Shown here: positions 10,527-21,548 of the stretch, in pieces
Layout of the letters: the number at the start of each line of letters is the position of its first letter
Numbering within the stretch: position 1 is the stretch's first letter
Source: an uncultured delta proteobacterium
GTDB taxonomy: Bacteria > Desulfobacterota > Syntrophorhabdia > Syntrophorhabdales > WCHB1-27
Direction of reading: 5' to 3'
Assembly (NCBI GenBank): GCA_963810935.1
Contig: CAWEPK010000008.1
Location: 224,001 to 288,000, forward strand
Length of the DNA stretch: 64,000 nucleotides
Position numbers and translations under genes: made by a program
The notes under the pieces: generated by a model
Seen by the model: only the letters and a program-made list of their open reading frames with translations
Told to the model about the DNA's origin: nothing
The model's database searches: none

Positions 10527-13500
10527 CTACCCGACATCTTCAGGATCGTTCTGCTCGCCTTCGATATCTTCCATACCGTTCTGCTCGCCGGCGCCGCCTC
10601 TCCTGAAGCGCCTGGCAAGCCGGTCGAACCATAGATAGATAACGGGTGTCGTGTAGAGGGTAAGGATCTGGCTGATGACGAGCCCGCCCACTATCGAGAT
10701 ACCGAGAGGATGGCGAAGCTCCGACCCGACGCCTCTGCCCACGGCCAGCGGCAGCGCGCCGAGGAGGGCAGCCATCGTCGTCATCATTATCGGCCGGAAG
10801 CGCAGGAGGCAGGCCTGGTAAATAGCATCATGCGGGCTTTTCTTTTGTTTTCGTTCCGCCTCAAGGGCAAAGTCCACCATCATGATGCCGTTCTTCTTCA
10901 CGATGCCTATAAGGAGGATGATGCCGATAAGCGCAATGACGCTGAAATCGGTGCGGCAGAGGAGGAGCGCAAAAATGGCGCCGACGCCCGCGGAAGGCAG
11001 CGTCGAAAGTATCGTGATCGGGTGAATGTAGCTCTCATACAGCACGCCGAGCACGATGTACACGGTCACGAGGGCCGCGAGTATCAGGATGGGCTCGTGC
11101 ACCAGGGACGAACGGAACGCCTGGGCCGTGCCCTGGAAGCTGCCGCTTATGCTTGGCGGTAGCTGCAACCGGGCAGCGGACGACTGTACGGCATCGACCG
11201 CGTTGCCGAGGGAGGAGCCGCGTTGGAGGTCGAAGGAGATCGTGACCGATGGGAACTGCCCCTGCCGGCTGATCAAAAGCGGCCCCGTCCCCACCGACGT
11301 CTGGGTCATGGCGGCGAGAGGCACCTCGGTCCCTCCGCTGCCCCTTATATAGATATTGCCCAGCTCGCCGGGGTTCGCCTTGTAGTCCGGTTTTACGCCC
11401 AGTATGACTCGGTACTGGTTGAGCTGCGTGAATATAGTGGAGACCATGCGCTGGCCGTATGCGTCGTAAAGCGTATTGTCGATAACCGATGGCATTATAC
11501 CGAGGCGCGACGCAGTGCTCCTGTCGATATCGACATTGAGCTGAAGCCCCTTATCCTGCTGGTCGCTGCTGACGTCTCTCAGCTCGGGCCGGCGGCGCAG
11601 GGCCTCGACGAGCTTCGGGGCGTATGTGTAAAGCTCCTTCGAGTCCGGGTCTTCCAGGGTGTATTGGAATTGCGTCCGGCTGACGCGCGCATCGACAGAG
11701 AGGTCCTGTGCCGGCTGCATATAAAGGGTAATGCCCTCGACCCTCTCAAGCTGCGGCTGGAGGCGCCGTATCACGTCCGTCGCGCTCACTTTCCGCACGT
11801 CCAGCGGCTTCAGGTTGATGAGTATCCTGCCCGTGTTGAGCGTCGGGTTCGTGCCGTCTACGCCGATGAACGACGAAAGGCTATCTACCGCAGGGTCCTG
11901 AAGGATAATGTGGCTGAGCGCCTGCTGGTACTTGGTCATCGCAGGGAACGATACGGTCTGGGAGGCCTCGGATATACCAGTTATAAGCCCGGTGTCCTCA
12001 ACGGGGAAAAAACCCTTCGGCACTAATATATACAAGACGATCGTAAGGACGAGGGTGCCGACCGCCACCACTAGCGTCGCCTGCTGGTGCTTGAGCACCC
12101 AGCTCAGCGTCCTGCCGTAGAAGGCGACCGTCCTGTCGAAGACTTCCCCTGACTTCCGGAAAAAGCGGCCCTGCTCCTTCTCCGGCGTATGCTTCAGCAG
12201 CCGCGCGCACATCATCGGGGTAAGGGTCAGGGAGACAACAGCGGAAATCAGGATCGTTACGCCCAGGGTAACGGCGAACTCGCGGAAGAGCCTGCCCACA
12301 ATGTCGCTCATGAAAAGCAGCGGGATAAGGACGGCGATCAGCGATACGGTCAGCGACAGGATCGTGAAGCCTATCTGCTTGGCCCCGAGCAGCGCCGCCT
12401 TGAGCGGCGTCTCGCCCTGCTCTATGTAGCGCGCGATGTTCTCGATCATGACGATGGCGTCATCCACGACAAAGCCCGTCGAGATGGTGAGGGCCATAAG
12501 CGAAAGGTTGTTGAGGCTGAACCCCAGAAGGTACATGACGCCGAACGAGCCGACGAGCGACAGCGGCACCGCGACGCTAGGTATGATCGTAGCGGACACG
12601 TTCCGCAGAAAGAGGAAAATCACCAGGACGACGAGGGCGACGGCAAGGAGAAGCTCGAACTGGACGTCCCTGACGGACGCGCGGATCGTAGTCGTCCTGT
12701 CGGTCAAAATCGAAACCTGTACGGACGAAGGCAGGGAGCTTCTAAGCTGCGGCAGCAGCGTCTTGATCCGGTCCACCACCTGTATGACGTTCGCGCCCGG
12801 CTGCCTCTGGATATTGAGAATGACCGCCGGCATCTCGTTCATCCATGCGGCCATCTGCACGTTCTCTGAGTCGTCCACCGCCTCGGCGACGTCGGAAAGC
12901 GTGACGGGAGCGCCGTTACGGTAGGTAATGATGAGCGGCTTGTATTCTTTGGCGGTGAACAACTGGTCGTTCGCCCCTATGATGTAAGACTGGCGCGGAC
13001 CGTCGAAGCTCCCTTTCGCCTGGTTCACGTTAGCGGCAGCCAGGGCGCTGCGCACGTCCTCCAAGGTCAGGTTGTAAGCGGCCAGGGCAGTCGGGTTGAC
13101 GTGGATGCGAACGGCCGGCCGCTGTCCACCGCTTATGCTGACGAGGCCGACGCCCGGCAACTGCGAGATCTTCTGCGCGAACCTCGTGTCGGCAAGGTCT
13201 TCGATCTGCGGAAGCGGCACGGTCTTCGACGTCAGGGCCAGTGTCAATATCGGTGCATCGGCGGGGTTTATCTTGCTGTAGACGGGCGGGACCGGCAAAT
13301 CGGACGGCAGGAAACTGTACGCCGCGTTAATGGCCGCCTGTACCTGCTGCTCGGCCACGTCGAGGGCCAGCTCGAGGGTGAACTGCAGCGTGACTATCGA
13401 GCTGCCCTGAGAGCTCGTAGAGGTCATCAGGGTGAGGCCCGGCATCTGGCCGAACTGCCGTTCCAGCGGGGCAGTCACGGACGACGCCATCACGTCGGGG

Positions 13501-13664
13501 CTTGCGCCGGGGTAGAACGTGCGCACCTGGATGGTGGGGTAATCGACCTGCGGAAGCGCCGATACGGGCAACTGATGATACGCGACCGCACCGGCGAGAA
13601 AAATTGCGACCATCAGCAGCGCAGTTGCTACCGGCCGGAGAATAAAAGGCCGGGAGAGGTTCAA
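10527..13664 (-). CDS. mdtB: Multidrug efflux RND permease MdtB-like
   Basis: [39 protein letters not shown]. Confidence 0.92.
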   Translation of the reverse strand: MNLSRPFILRPVATALLMVAIFLAGAVAYHQLPVSALPQVDYPTIQVRTFYPGASPDVMASSVTAPLERQFGQMPGLTLMTSTSSQGSSIVTLQFTLELALDVAEQQVQAAINAAYSFLPSDLPVPPVYSKINPADAPILTLALTSKTVPLPQIEDLADTRFAQKISQLPGVGLVSISGGQRPAVRIHVNPTALAAYNLTLEDVRSALAAANVNQAKGSFDGPRQSYIIGANDQLFTAKEYKPLIITYRNGAPVTLSDVAEAVDDSENVQMAAWMNEMPAVILNIQRQPGANVIQVVDRIKTLLPQLRSSLPSSVQVSILTDRTTTIRASVRDVQFELLLAVALVVLVIFLFLRNVSATIIPSVAVPLSLVGSFGVMYLLGFSLNNLSLMALTISTGFVVDDAIVMIENIARYIEQGETPLKAALLGAKQIGFTILSLTVSLIAVLIPLLFMSDIVGRLFREFAVTLGVTILISAVVSLTLTPMMCARLLKHTPEKEQGRFFRKSGEVFDRTVAFYGRTLSWVLKHQQATLVVAVGTLVLTIVLYILVPKGFFPVEDTGLITGISEASQTVSFPAMTKYQQALSHIILQDPAVDSLSSFIGVDGTNPTLNTGRILINLKPLDVRKVSATDVIRRLQPQLERVEGITLYMQPAQDLSVDARVSRTQFQYTLEDPDSKELYTYAPKLVEALRRRPELRDVSSDQQDKGLQLNVDIDRSTASRLGIMPSVIDNTLYDAYGQRMVSTIFTQLNQYRVILGVKPDYKANPGELGNIYIRGSGGTEVPLAAMTQTSVGTGPLLISRQGQFPSVTISFDLQRGSSLGNAVDAVQSSAARLQLPPSISGSFQGTAQAFRSSLVHEPILILAALVTVYIVLGVLYESYIHPITILSTLPSAGVGAIFALLLCRTDFSVIALIGIILLIGIVKKNGIMMVDFALEAERKQKKSPHDAIYQACLLRFRPIMMTTMAALLGALPLAVGRGVGSELRHPLGISIVGGLVISQILTLYTTPVIYLWFDRLARRFRRGGAGEQNGMEDIEGEQNDPEDVG

Positions 13665-14866
13665 GGTGTGCTCCGACTCCCGCTGCTGCCGGCAGCCTGG
13701 CCTTTAAGGTCTATCTTCGAGCCATCCCGCAGCCTCTCCGCGCCGTCGACAACGACGAGCTCGCCGACCTTGAGCCCCTTTGATATCGCCGCCTCGCCGC
13801 CCTGTACCTCCATGATGGTAACCGGCCTTATCTCTACCGTACGGTCGGGTTTTGCCACGTATACGAATATGCCCTGCGAGCCCCTCTGGATAGCGGCCGA
13901 AGGCACGATGACAACGGACCGAAGCGTATCCACCAGGAGCTTGGCGTTGACGAACTGGTTGGGAAAGAGCGAGTTGTCTTTGTTGTCGAAGACCGCCTTG
14001 AGGCGCACTGTCCCTGTTGTCGGGTCAATCTGGTTGTCAACGGTCAGGAGGGTGCCGCTCGTTATCTTTTTCGACTGGGACCGGTCGTACGCGTCCACCG
14101 GCATCTTCTCGCCCGAATGGAGCTTCTTGAGCACGGGCGGGAGACTGTCCTCCGGCACCGGGAAGATAACGGTAATCGGCTGGAGCTGCGTAATCACGAG
14201 GAGCCCGCCCGCGTCGGTGGCGTGGACCATATTGCCCGGATCGACGAGCCTTAAGCCTACCCTGCCGTCGATGGGCGAGCAGATGCGGCTGTAAATAAGC
14301 TGGAGCTTCGCGTTATCGATCGCGGCCCTGTCGGTCTTGATCGCGCCTTCATACTGGCGCACAAGCTCCACCTGCGTATCGAGCTGCTGCTTGGGTATCG
14401 AGTCCTGTTTCCAGAGCGTATCGTAACGGTCGAGGTCCACCTTCGCGTTTCTCATGAGCGCCTCGTCACGCACAAGCTGGCCTTCCGCCTGGTCCAACTG
14501 CACCTGAAAGGGTCGAGGGTCGATTGTGGCAAGGAGGTCGCCCTTCTTGACTACCTGACCCTCCTTGAAGGAAACGTCCATGAGCTGGCCGTCCACACGG
14601 CTCTTGACGGTAACGGTATAAAGGGGCGTTACCGAGCCAAGCCCGTTGATGTATACGTTCATGTCGCCTTCCCGCGCAGCCGTCGCTGCTACGGGTAGGC
14701 CCCGCACCCCGGCGGCCGCTTGCGCGGCCCGCAACGCTCCCTGCTTGCTTTTAGCGACAATTGCATACGTCAGGATTACGGCGAGAATCACGGCCAGCGC
14801 CACGCATATGCGCCACACCCTCCTACGCCCGGTCCCCAGCACCTTTCTTTCGAATACCTCGTTCAC
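13661..14866 (-). CDS. mdtA: MdtA/MuxA-family periplasmic adaptor
   Basis: [45 protein letters not shown]. Confidence 0.92.
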   Translation of the reverse strand: MNEVFERKVLGTGRRRVWRICVALAVILAVILTYAIVAKSKQGALRAAQAAAGVRGLPVAATAAREGDMNVYINGLGSVTPLYTVTVKSRVDGQLMDVSFKEGQVVKKGDLLATIDPRPFQVQLDQAEGQLVRDEALMRNAKVDLDRYDTLWKQDSIPKQQLDTQVELVRQYEGAIKTDRAAIDNAKLQLIYSRICSPIDGRVGLRLVDPGNMVHATDAGGLLVITQLQPITVIFPVPEDSLPPVLKKLHSGEKMPVDAYDRSQSKKITSGTLLTVDNQIDPTTGTVRLKAVFDNKDNSLFPNQFVNAKLLVDTLRSVVIVPSAAIQRGSQGIFVYVAKPDRTVEIRPVTIMEVQGGEAAISKGLKVGELVVVDGAERLRDGSKIDLKGQAAGSSGSRSTP

Positions 14867-15166
14867 ATGGTCCTCACAATCTTAAATCAGGGGGCGCGAA
14901 GCGCCCATTCCGATAGCAAATATACCACTTTTATCATAACCGGCACAACCCCGGCCGGCAGCCGGCTGCATACATGCCGCCGAAGGAATATGCCGCGCCT
15001 TCGCTACCCGTACCCCCCCTTAGCTATCGTAGCCGACCCTTGAAAGGTTACACGGGAGCTAAAAAATGAAGCAGGCCGGCAGACAAGGGGGGGAGGCGCT
15101 TTCATATGTCGCACAAAAGGCGGCATTACTTGCAAAGCTCGCTATGCGAAGCAGCAGAGATATAGC

Positions 15167-15194
15167 TGCCCGCAGGCTAAAGTCCCTGCGGGCA
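15167..15194 (-). terminator. Stem-loop just downstream of the last gene of the minus-strand cluster
   Basis: tgcccgcagg-N8-cctgcgggca, a perfect 10-bp stem. No clear U-tract. Confidence 0.45.
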
Positions 15195-15217
15195 ACCGTT
15201 CAGGCTTTTCTGCGCGG

Positions 15218-16438
15218 CTATTTCTTCCGGTCTTTGAGTACCTCTTCGCAGCTCGACATGTAATCCTTTGCGGGGATCACCTGGTTTTCGGCCGAGATGA
15301 GGAAATCGGGGTACTTGGGATCTTTCTTGGTAACGCCCCAGTACATAGGCAGCTCAAGCTGGTGGTCGCAGGCCCGCATCGTCAGGGGACCGACCGGGCT
15401 GTCGACCGTCATACCTTCGAGAGCCTTGACAAACCGCTCCGTGTCCACTTTTCCCGCCTTCTTGAACCCCTCCGCTATGAACTCCGCAGTCATGTATCCG
15501 TAAAGCGCGCCGATGCGCGGATACCTGCTGTAAGCCTTCTGGAAGTCTGAAGCGAAGGCCCTGTTGGCAGGCGTATCCGGGTAATAAAAAAGGTAGTTCG
15601 ACGTGCCGAAGGCGCCTTCGGGTGCATTCGGCCCCTGCGCCATGAGCGTGGAGTGCTCGTTGGCCGTATGCTGGTAGAAAGGCACCTTCTGGCTCAAGCC
15701 CGTTGCCTTGGCCGCCTTCTGGAAGTTCACCATGCCCGACCCGCCCGTCGCGACAATGAGGAAATCGGGTTTTGCGGCCATGATCTGCGTGATGTAAGGA
15801 GTAAAATCGGCCTCGCCGACCTTCCACCAGGACTGGCCCACGAGCTGTACGTTGGGCTTTAGCTTCTTCAGGTGGTTCCACACGCCGTCAGCGATAGCGT
15901 GGCCGTATTCATAGTCATCGCCCGCTATCCAGTACTTCACATACGGCTTCTTGGCAAGCATGAGGGCGGCGGCCTTCCCCGCCATCAGTGTGTTTTCGTT
16001 CATGTTGAAGACGTACCGGTGTCCCTTCTCGCCGATGATCTTATCGCTTTTCGCGAACGTAACGAAGAAGGGTACCTTCTCCTTCTTGGCGAAATCGGAG
16101 ACGGCAAGCGCCGTACCGCTGTTGATAGTGCCCATCAGTATGTCAACTTTCTCCTTCATCACGAGATCTTTCGCCATTGCGAGTCCGATGTCGGGCTTGA
16201 ATTTCTCATCGCGCGTCATGTACTCGATCTTCCTGCCCAACACCCCGCCTTTGGCGTTGATCTTTTCTACGGCCAGCTTGAAGCCGTCGAGGACATCCTG
16301 CGTGAAGCTCGTGGCCGGCCCGGAATACGTATCGACGATCCCGACCTTGATCGGCCCGGCCGCAAAGCAAAACGAAGCGGCAGAAAGAAGCCCGACCGAT
16401 AATCCAAGAACCAGTCCAACAACCATACTTTTTCGCAT
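15218..16438 (-). CDS. ABC substrate-binding protein, Liv/PBP1 type (aromatic-acid or amide binding group)
   Basis: Signal peptide, IKVGIVDTYSG, INAKGGVLGRKIE, DYEYGH, MRACDHQ. Confidence 0.9.
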   Translation of the reverse strand: MRKSMVVGLVLGLSVGLLSAASFCFAAGPIKVGIVDTYSGPATSFTQDVLDGFKLAVEKINAKGGVLGRKIEYMTRDEKFKPDIGLAMAKDLVMKEKVDILMGTINSGTALAVSDFAKKEKVPFFVTFAKSDKIIGEKGHRYVFNMNENTLMAGKAAALMLAKKPYVKYWIAGDDYEYGHAIADGVWNHLKKLKPNVQLVGQSWWKVGEADFTPYITQIMAAKPDFLIVATGGSGMVNFQKAAKATGLSQKVPFYQHTANEHSTLMAQGPNAPEGAFGTSNYLFYYPDTPANRAFASDFQKAYSRYPRIGALYGYMTAEFIAEGFKKAGKVDTERFVKALEGMTVDSPVGPLTMRACDHQLELPMYWGVTKKDPKYPDFLISAENQVIPAKDYMSSCEEVLKDRKK

Positions 16439-16683
16439 GATTTGCCCCTCTTCACTACGAATTCAGTTGCACCCCCGGCAACTGTCTGTTATGTTTCGGA
16501 CATTCTATCGGATATATCTTTGCATGTCCAGAAAAGCCGGCTGCGTACCGCCATACCCATACTCCCAGAGGCCAACAGGTCCAAAGGCCGGAGCGATTTC
16601 ATAGGTCGAAAATCGCCCCGGCCCCATATAAGCCGGAAAAACGTCTTTGCCCAAAGCGGCGGGTATATGAACCCGCCGATCGC

Positions 16684-17907
16684 TTACTTGCCGGCGCGCT
16701 GCTTCATAATCTCATCACAGCCAGGCAAATAATCCTTGCCTGCCACTGTGAGAAAGTCCGACCCTATGAGGAACGGATAGGATTTCGTCTTCTTCGTCAC
16801 CCCGTAATACATCGGGAGGATCAACTGGTGGTCGCAGGCCCGCATCTGGATGTTCCCTATAGGGCTGTCAACGGTCAAACCTTCCATGGCGTCGATGAAC
16901 TTCTCGGTATCGACCTTGCCTGCCTTCTGGTACGCCTTTGCCATCAACTGGACGGCCACATAGCCGTAAAACGCCGTGGACCCGGGCTGTCTCTTGTAAA
17001 CCCTCATGAACTCATCGACGAAGGCCTTGTTGTCCGGGATATTCGGATAGTAGAAGTGATAGCTCGAGCTGCCCATCACGCCCTCGGGCGCATCCATGCC
17101 GAGCGGCCGCAGGGCAAGCAGGTCGGTAGCGTAGTGCTGGTATATGGGTATCTTCTTCTCCAGTCCCATGGCCTTGACGGCCTTCAGGAAGTTGACGATC
17201 CCCCCGCCGCCCGCCGCGCTGATGATACAGTCCGGCTTCGACTGCAAAGCGAGCGTCATGTAAGGGGCCAGGTCGGTCTCGCCGACCTTCCTCCAGGATT
17301 GTCCGAGGAGCTGCACTTGCGGCTTGAGCGTCTTGAGGTGGCTCCACAGGGCCTCTGCGCACGCATGGCCGAACTCGTAGTCCTCACCCATGATCCAGAA
17401 CTTCGTGTAGGGCTTCTTGGAGAGGGCGAGCGCCGCGGCCCTGCCGATCATGGCCGTGTTCTCGTTAGTGTTGAAGACGTAGCGGTTGCCTCTCTCGCCC
17501 GTGATCTTGTCGCTCTTCGCATCGGTTACGATGAAGGCTATCTTTTCCTTCTTCGCAAACTCGGACATGGCCAGGGCGCCGCCGGAGTTCGTCGATCCCA
17601 TGATGATATCGACCTTCTCCCGCATCACGAGGTCCTTGGTCATCTCGAGGGCGATATCAGGTTTGAACTTGTCGTCCCGCCTTATGATCTCGACCTTCCT
17701 GCCTAGTATCCCGCCCTTCGCGTTCACATGGGCGGCACCCAGCTTAATGCCGTCGAGCACGTCTTCCGTGTAGGTCGTCGCCGGCCCGGTGTACGTGTCC
17801 ACAACACCGACCTTGAACACGGCCTGCGCATGGACGGCCCCGGCACCCGTCAGAAAACAGGCAAAAACGAAGCATAAAGCCGCAATCAATGACATCACAG
17901 TTTTCAT
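16684..17907 (-). CDS. ABC substrate-binding protein, Liv/PBP1 type (paralog of the adjacent gene)
   Basis: Same motifs (DTYTG, DDKFKPD, DYEFGH, MRACDHQ). ATG at 17907 follows GAGGAGG. Confidence 0.9.
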   Translation of the reverse strand: MKTVMSLIAALCFVFACFLTGAGAVHAQAVFKVGVVDTYTGPATTYTEDVLDGIKLGAAHVNAKGGILGRKVEIIRRDDKFKPDIALEMTKDLVMREKVDIIMGSTNSGGALAMSEFAKKEKIAFIVTDAKSDKITGERGNRYVFNTNENTAMIGRAAALALSKKPYTKFWIMGEDYEFGHACAEALWSHLKTLKPQVQLLGQSWRKVGETDLAPYMTLALQSKPDCIISAAGGGGIVNFLKAVKAMGLEKKIPIYQHYATDLLALRPLGMDAPEGVMGSSSYHFYYPNIPDNKAFVDEFMRVYKRQPGSTAFYGYVAVQLMAKAYQKAGKVDTEKFIDAMEGLTVDSPIGNIQMRACDHQLILPMYYGVTKKTKSYPFLIGSDFLTVAGKDYLPGCDEIMKQRAGK

Positions 17908-17952
17908 ACAGCCTCCTCTTTCATTACCCCTTTTCAATACAAAAACATCACG

Positions 17953-19716
17953 CTACTTTGCGCCCGCCTGCCTTTTGACCGGGCGCCCGCCATCCTTCTT
18001 CTTCTGCGGGCAGACGAAAAGGCACATCCCGCAGTTGACGCAAAGCCCCTCGTCCCGTTTGACCTTCTTTGCTTCCTCGTCGAAGATGAGGCCGGGACAA
18101 TCGAACAGCTTTACGCATATTTTGCAACCGTTGCACGTTGCGCTCAGGTCGAGGTCGTCGTAGTAGGCAGCTTTGCCCGCCTTCGAAAACAGCAGGCACG
18201 GGTGGCGCGCGATGACGGCGGCCGGCCCCCTGCCCTTCGATCGCATATAGTCCTGCGCCTCTTTGAGGGTTTTTATCATGAGAGGCGTATCGTACGGGTC
18301 GATTGTCCGGATGAACTCGACGCCCAGTCCCCGCACCGTTTCTTCGATTGAAACGCGATACTCGCTCTTGCCGTCGGCCCGCATTCCGCTCCCCGGCGTC
18401 GGTTGCATCCCGGTCATCGCCGTCGTGCCGTTATCCAGGATAACTGCGATGAACCGCTTGCCCGTATGCGCCGCGCCGTAGATCAGTGGAAGCGCAGCGT
18501 GGAAGAATGTGGAATCGCCGATAGTGGCAAGGATCGGCATCTCCTCGCCGTCCTGGTCGTAGGTTTCGAAGAATCCTGAGGCAAGGCTTATGCTGCCGCC
18601 CATGTCGACGCACGTATCGACTGCCCCCTGCGATGTTCCAAGGGTATAGCAGCCGATGTCTCCCGGAAATATGGCCTTGGGGAACGCCCGCCGCATTGCG
18701 TAAAAGGAGGACCTGTGGGGACAGCCCGCACAGAGCTTGGGAGGACGGGGCGGGAACGGCACGCTGCTCACAGCAGTTTCTATCGAGTCGTCGGCGGAGA
18801 ACCCGCGCGCCTTCAAGCCCGTCTCCCGCGCAACGTCCTGCACTATGGCACGCACTACGTCGTAGGTAAGCTCGCCCTGGCTGGGAACATGGCCCGTAGA
18901 CCTGCCCAAGACCTTCGTGCGGCCCGCTACGAGCGCCTCCAGCACCTCGTCCGTCTCCTCAAGGATGAGGATGCTGTCCACCGACTCCGCGAAACGGAGC
19001 AGGCCGGGTTGGCAAGGATATATCTGCGCCGCCTTGTAAAGCGAAACGCTTTTTTCGAGCCCGAGCTCCTGAAGCACGTCCATCGCGACGTTATATCCCA
19101 TGCCCGAAGAAATGACGCCCAGCTTTTTACCGCCGGACATCTTCACGCCCTCGTCGATAGCGCCTCCGGCAACGGGGGCGTCGAGGCTGATTGCCTCCCT
19201 CGCGTGGCTGACCCGGTGGGTAGACCTGAGCACGACGGGCCTGTGCGTCCGGACTGAATAGTCCAGCGCATAGGCTGCCAGCAGGCGCGCGTCTTCGGGA
19301 GAGGAGACGTCGAATACGGGAAAGCCGAACAGCATGGCGATAAGCCGGGAATCCTGCTCGGTCTGGGACGACTGCGGTCCCGGGTCGTCGCAGGAGATGA
19401 CGACCAACCCACCTTTGATCTTTACGTCCCTGCCCTTTATAAACGGGGTAAAGGCCACATTCAGCCCAACCTGTTTCATCATGCAGGCAACCTTCTTGCC
19501 GGCCATCGCGGCCCCGTAGGCAACCTCCATGGCAACCCGCTCGTTGACGGACCACTCTGTGTGAATCTCCCTGTTGAAGCGTTTCTTGAAATCGACCACG
19601 GCCGGCAGTATCTCCGAGCTGGGTGTGCCCGGATAAGCCGACGCGACCTCCAGCCCGGCCTCTACGAGACCGAGGGCTATCGCCTGGTTTCCGATCATAA
19701 CTTCTGTCTTGCTCAT
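17953..19716 (-). CDS. iorA: Indolepyruvate:ferredoxin oxidoreductase alpha subunit family
   Basis: GNQAIA, AYPGTPSSEI, WSVNE, MKQVGLNVA, LCAGCPHR, GDIGCY, IGDSTFFH and C-terminal 2x[4Fe-4S] motifs. Confidence 0.9.
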   Translation of the reverse strand: MSKTEVMIGNQAIALGLVEAGLEVASAYPGTPSSEILPAVVDFKKRFNREIHTEWSVNERVAMEVAYGAAMAGKKVACMMKQVGLNVAFTPFIKGRDVKIKGGLVVISCDDPGPQSSQTEQDSRLIAMLFGFPVFDVSSPEDARLLAAYALDYSVRTHRPVVLRSTHRVSHAREAISLDAPVAGGAIDEGVKMSGGKKLGVISSGMGYNVAMDVLQELGLEKSVSLYKAAQIYPCQPGLLRFAESVDSILILEETDEVLEALVAGRTKVLGRSTGHVPSQGELTYDVVRAIVQDVARETGLKARGFSADDSIETAVSSVPFPPRPPKLCAGCPHRSSFYAMRRAFPKAIFPGDIGCYTLGTSQGAVDTCVDMGGSISLASGFFETYDQDGEEMPILATIGDSTFFHAALPLIYGAAHTGKRFIAVILDNGTTAMTGMQPTPGSGMRADGKSEYRVSIEETVRGLGVEFIRTIDPYDTPLMIKTLKEAQDYMRSKGRGPAAVIARHPCLLFSKAGKAAYYDDLDLSATCNGCKICVKLFDCPGLIFDEEAKKVKRDEGLCVNCGMCLFVCPQKKKDGGRPVKRQAGAK

Positions 19717-20303
19717 ACCCTCACCCCACGCCGCGCTGCCGCGCGCCCGGCCTCGCTCCTTCCTTCCTCACATACCGCCCGGTTCATCTCGAAGAGCCTG
19801 GCCGGGACTTTGCGCCCGATTGCGCCGAGGATATTCTCGAAGACATACGGGCCGAAGGCGAAGTGCGAGAAGAAGCCGAGCATCGCCATGTTGGAGGCCT
19901 GTATAGCGCCGTGGCGGTTCGCGATGGCGTCCGCGTCGACGAAGTGCCACTCTATATCTCTTGACTCAAGCAGGGCGCGGACCGTTGGAGGCATCTCACG
20001 CCCCGCGGAGTTGATAATCGCAAGGCCGCCTCTCCTCAGGAAAGTCAGGTTGCGGTAAAATTCACTCTCTTCGAAGGAAAGGAGGGCGTCCGCGTTTTCC
20101 CTGCCCACGAAGGGGCTGCGGAAAGTGCCGATCTTCAACATCGAGACGACCGAGCCGCCCCTCTGGCTCATGCCCAGCTCATCGGAAGCCATCGCGTGGT
20201 ATCCCGCGGCGGTAGCTGTCTCTATAAGGACCGCCGACGCGAGGAGCACGCCCCTTCCGCCTACGCCCGAGCAGACAATCTCCCACTTTGACGGCCGTTT
20301 CAT
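19713..20303 (-). CDS. iorB: Indolepyruvate:ferredoxin oxidoreductase beta subunit family
   Basis: GVGGRG, GMSQRGGSV, NMAMLG. Confidence 0.88.
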   Translation of the reverse strand: MKRPSKWEIVCSGVGGRGVLLASAVLIETATAAGYHAMASDELGMSQRGGSVVSMLKIGTFRSPFVGRENADALLSFEESEFYRNLTFLRRGGLAIINSAGREMPPTVRALLESRDIEWHFVDADAIANRHGAIQASNMAMLGFFSHFAFGPYVFENILGAIGRKVPARLFEMNRAVCEEGRSEAGRAAARRGVRV

Positions 20304-21514
20304 AAATCACCTTCGTGCAGAAGCACGGTAAGGCGTGCCTCGCGCTTGTATTTCCCGATGTCGCCGGACGACGCCAGCCGCACGATATGCTCGAAGCCGA
20401 AGCCCCGGAGCGCATCCGAGACCGTCTTTTCCATACCGTTCGTCTTTATTGCGAGCAGGTAGTCCGATCCGTTATAGATCGTGTTGACGAACGCGGCCAG
20501 GCCCGAATGGAGGAAGGAGCCCGCGTCGGTAACTGCAAGGATATTCCTGGCCCCCGCTTTTGCCATGCCATGGGCGATGTTTATCGACGATGCCGGACCG
20601 AGACGGTCCCTGATGACGGTAAGGCCCGAAAGCTTCCCGCCTGATGCCGGCCTCTCGCCTTTTTCGGCACGCGCCGGTGTGCCTTTGCAGAGCCGCCCAT
20701 CAATTCCGCCCATGCGCAATTGCACCTCAATGCCCGGATAAGCCCCTTCGATGACCTGCACTCGTTTCATGTCAGCAGCAAATTGCGACACAAGGCGGAC
20801 GGGCAGCGGGAAGACCGACCCAAGGGAAAGGACGCTCGCGTTTTGTGACATCTCTTCAGTGCAGGCCCGGTGTGTCAGCACGCCTTGCGTCCCTCTGACG
20901 TTCATCACGTTCCCGGCGTACGTCTCGAACTCGTCGCGAATGCGCTCTATCTTTGCATTCAACGCCTTATGGAGCTGGTACCTGAATTTCGGTATTGCGG
21001 CCCACCGCCCCGTGTCTTTCACGAAAGCGGAAGCCCCGTCAGCCGCCGCCGCCTTCCGCCGCGTGATGCCTTCAGGCGGGAGTGTCTCGACAATGCAGGG
21101 CATCTCGTATCTCGCCGACAGGTCGAACGCAAACGACAGGGCGGACGACAGGTCGCGGGCCGTCCCGTCCGACACCAGGATGGGGAGCTTCGAGAACGGT
21201 CCGAGGGGCGTCGCATCCAGGGGCCCCTCCTTGACGCAGACCACGACGAAGGCGCCCTTCACGCCCGTATAAGCAGAGCTCATAAGCGGGTCGAGCGCAT
21301 CGTAAAGGCCTTCGACGGAGAAGAGGCAGGCGGTCTTTTTCGCGGCATACGACCCGGCAAGGGCCATCTCGTATGCCGCCTGCTCGTTGACGCACGATTC
21401 AAAATGCACGCCCGGCGGCGCCTTGCCGGCTAAATCCGGCATGCCCGCAGTATAGACGAGCCTGGGTCCGAACGAAAGTATCAGATTGAAAAGGTTGGGG
21501 TACATGGATGTCAT
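20300..21514 (-). CDS. Shortened, divergent IorA-like protein
   Basis: ESCVNEQAAYEMALAGS, DPLMSSAYTGVKG, DAGSFLHSGL. Lacks YPGTP, CxGCPH, GDIGCY and the ferredoxin domain. Confidence 0.75.
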   Translation of the reverse strand: MTSMYPNLFNLILSFGPRLVYTAGMPDLAGKAPPGVHFESCVNEQAAYEMALAGSYAAKKTACLFSVEGLYDALDPLMSSAYTGVKGAFVVVCVKEGPLDATPLGPFSKLPILVSDGTARDLSSALSFAFDLSARYEMPCIVETLPPEGITRRKAAAADGASAFVKDTGRWAAIPKFRYQLHKALNAKIERIRDEFETYAGNVMNVRGTQGVLTHRACTEEMSQNASVLSLGSVFPLPVRLVSQFAADMKRVQVIEGAYPGIEVQLRMGGIDGRLCKGTPARAEKGERPASGGKLSGLTVIRDRLGPASSINIAHGMAKAGARNILAVTDAGSFLHSGLAAFVNTIYNGSDYLLAIKTNGMEKTVSDALRGFGFEHIVRLASSGDIGKYKREARLTVLLHEGDL

Positions 21515-21548
21515 TCGCTCACTATATATACCATATTATTTTGGATTT

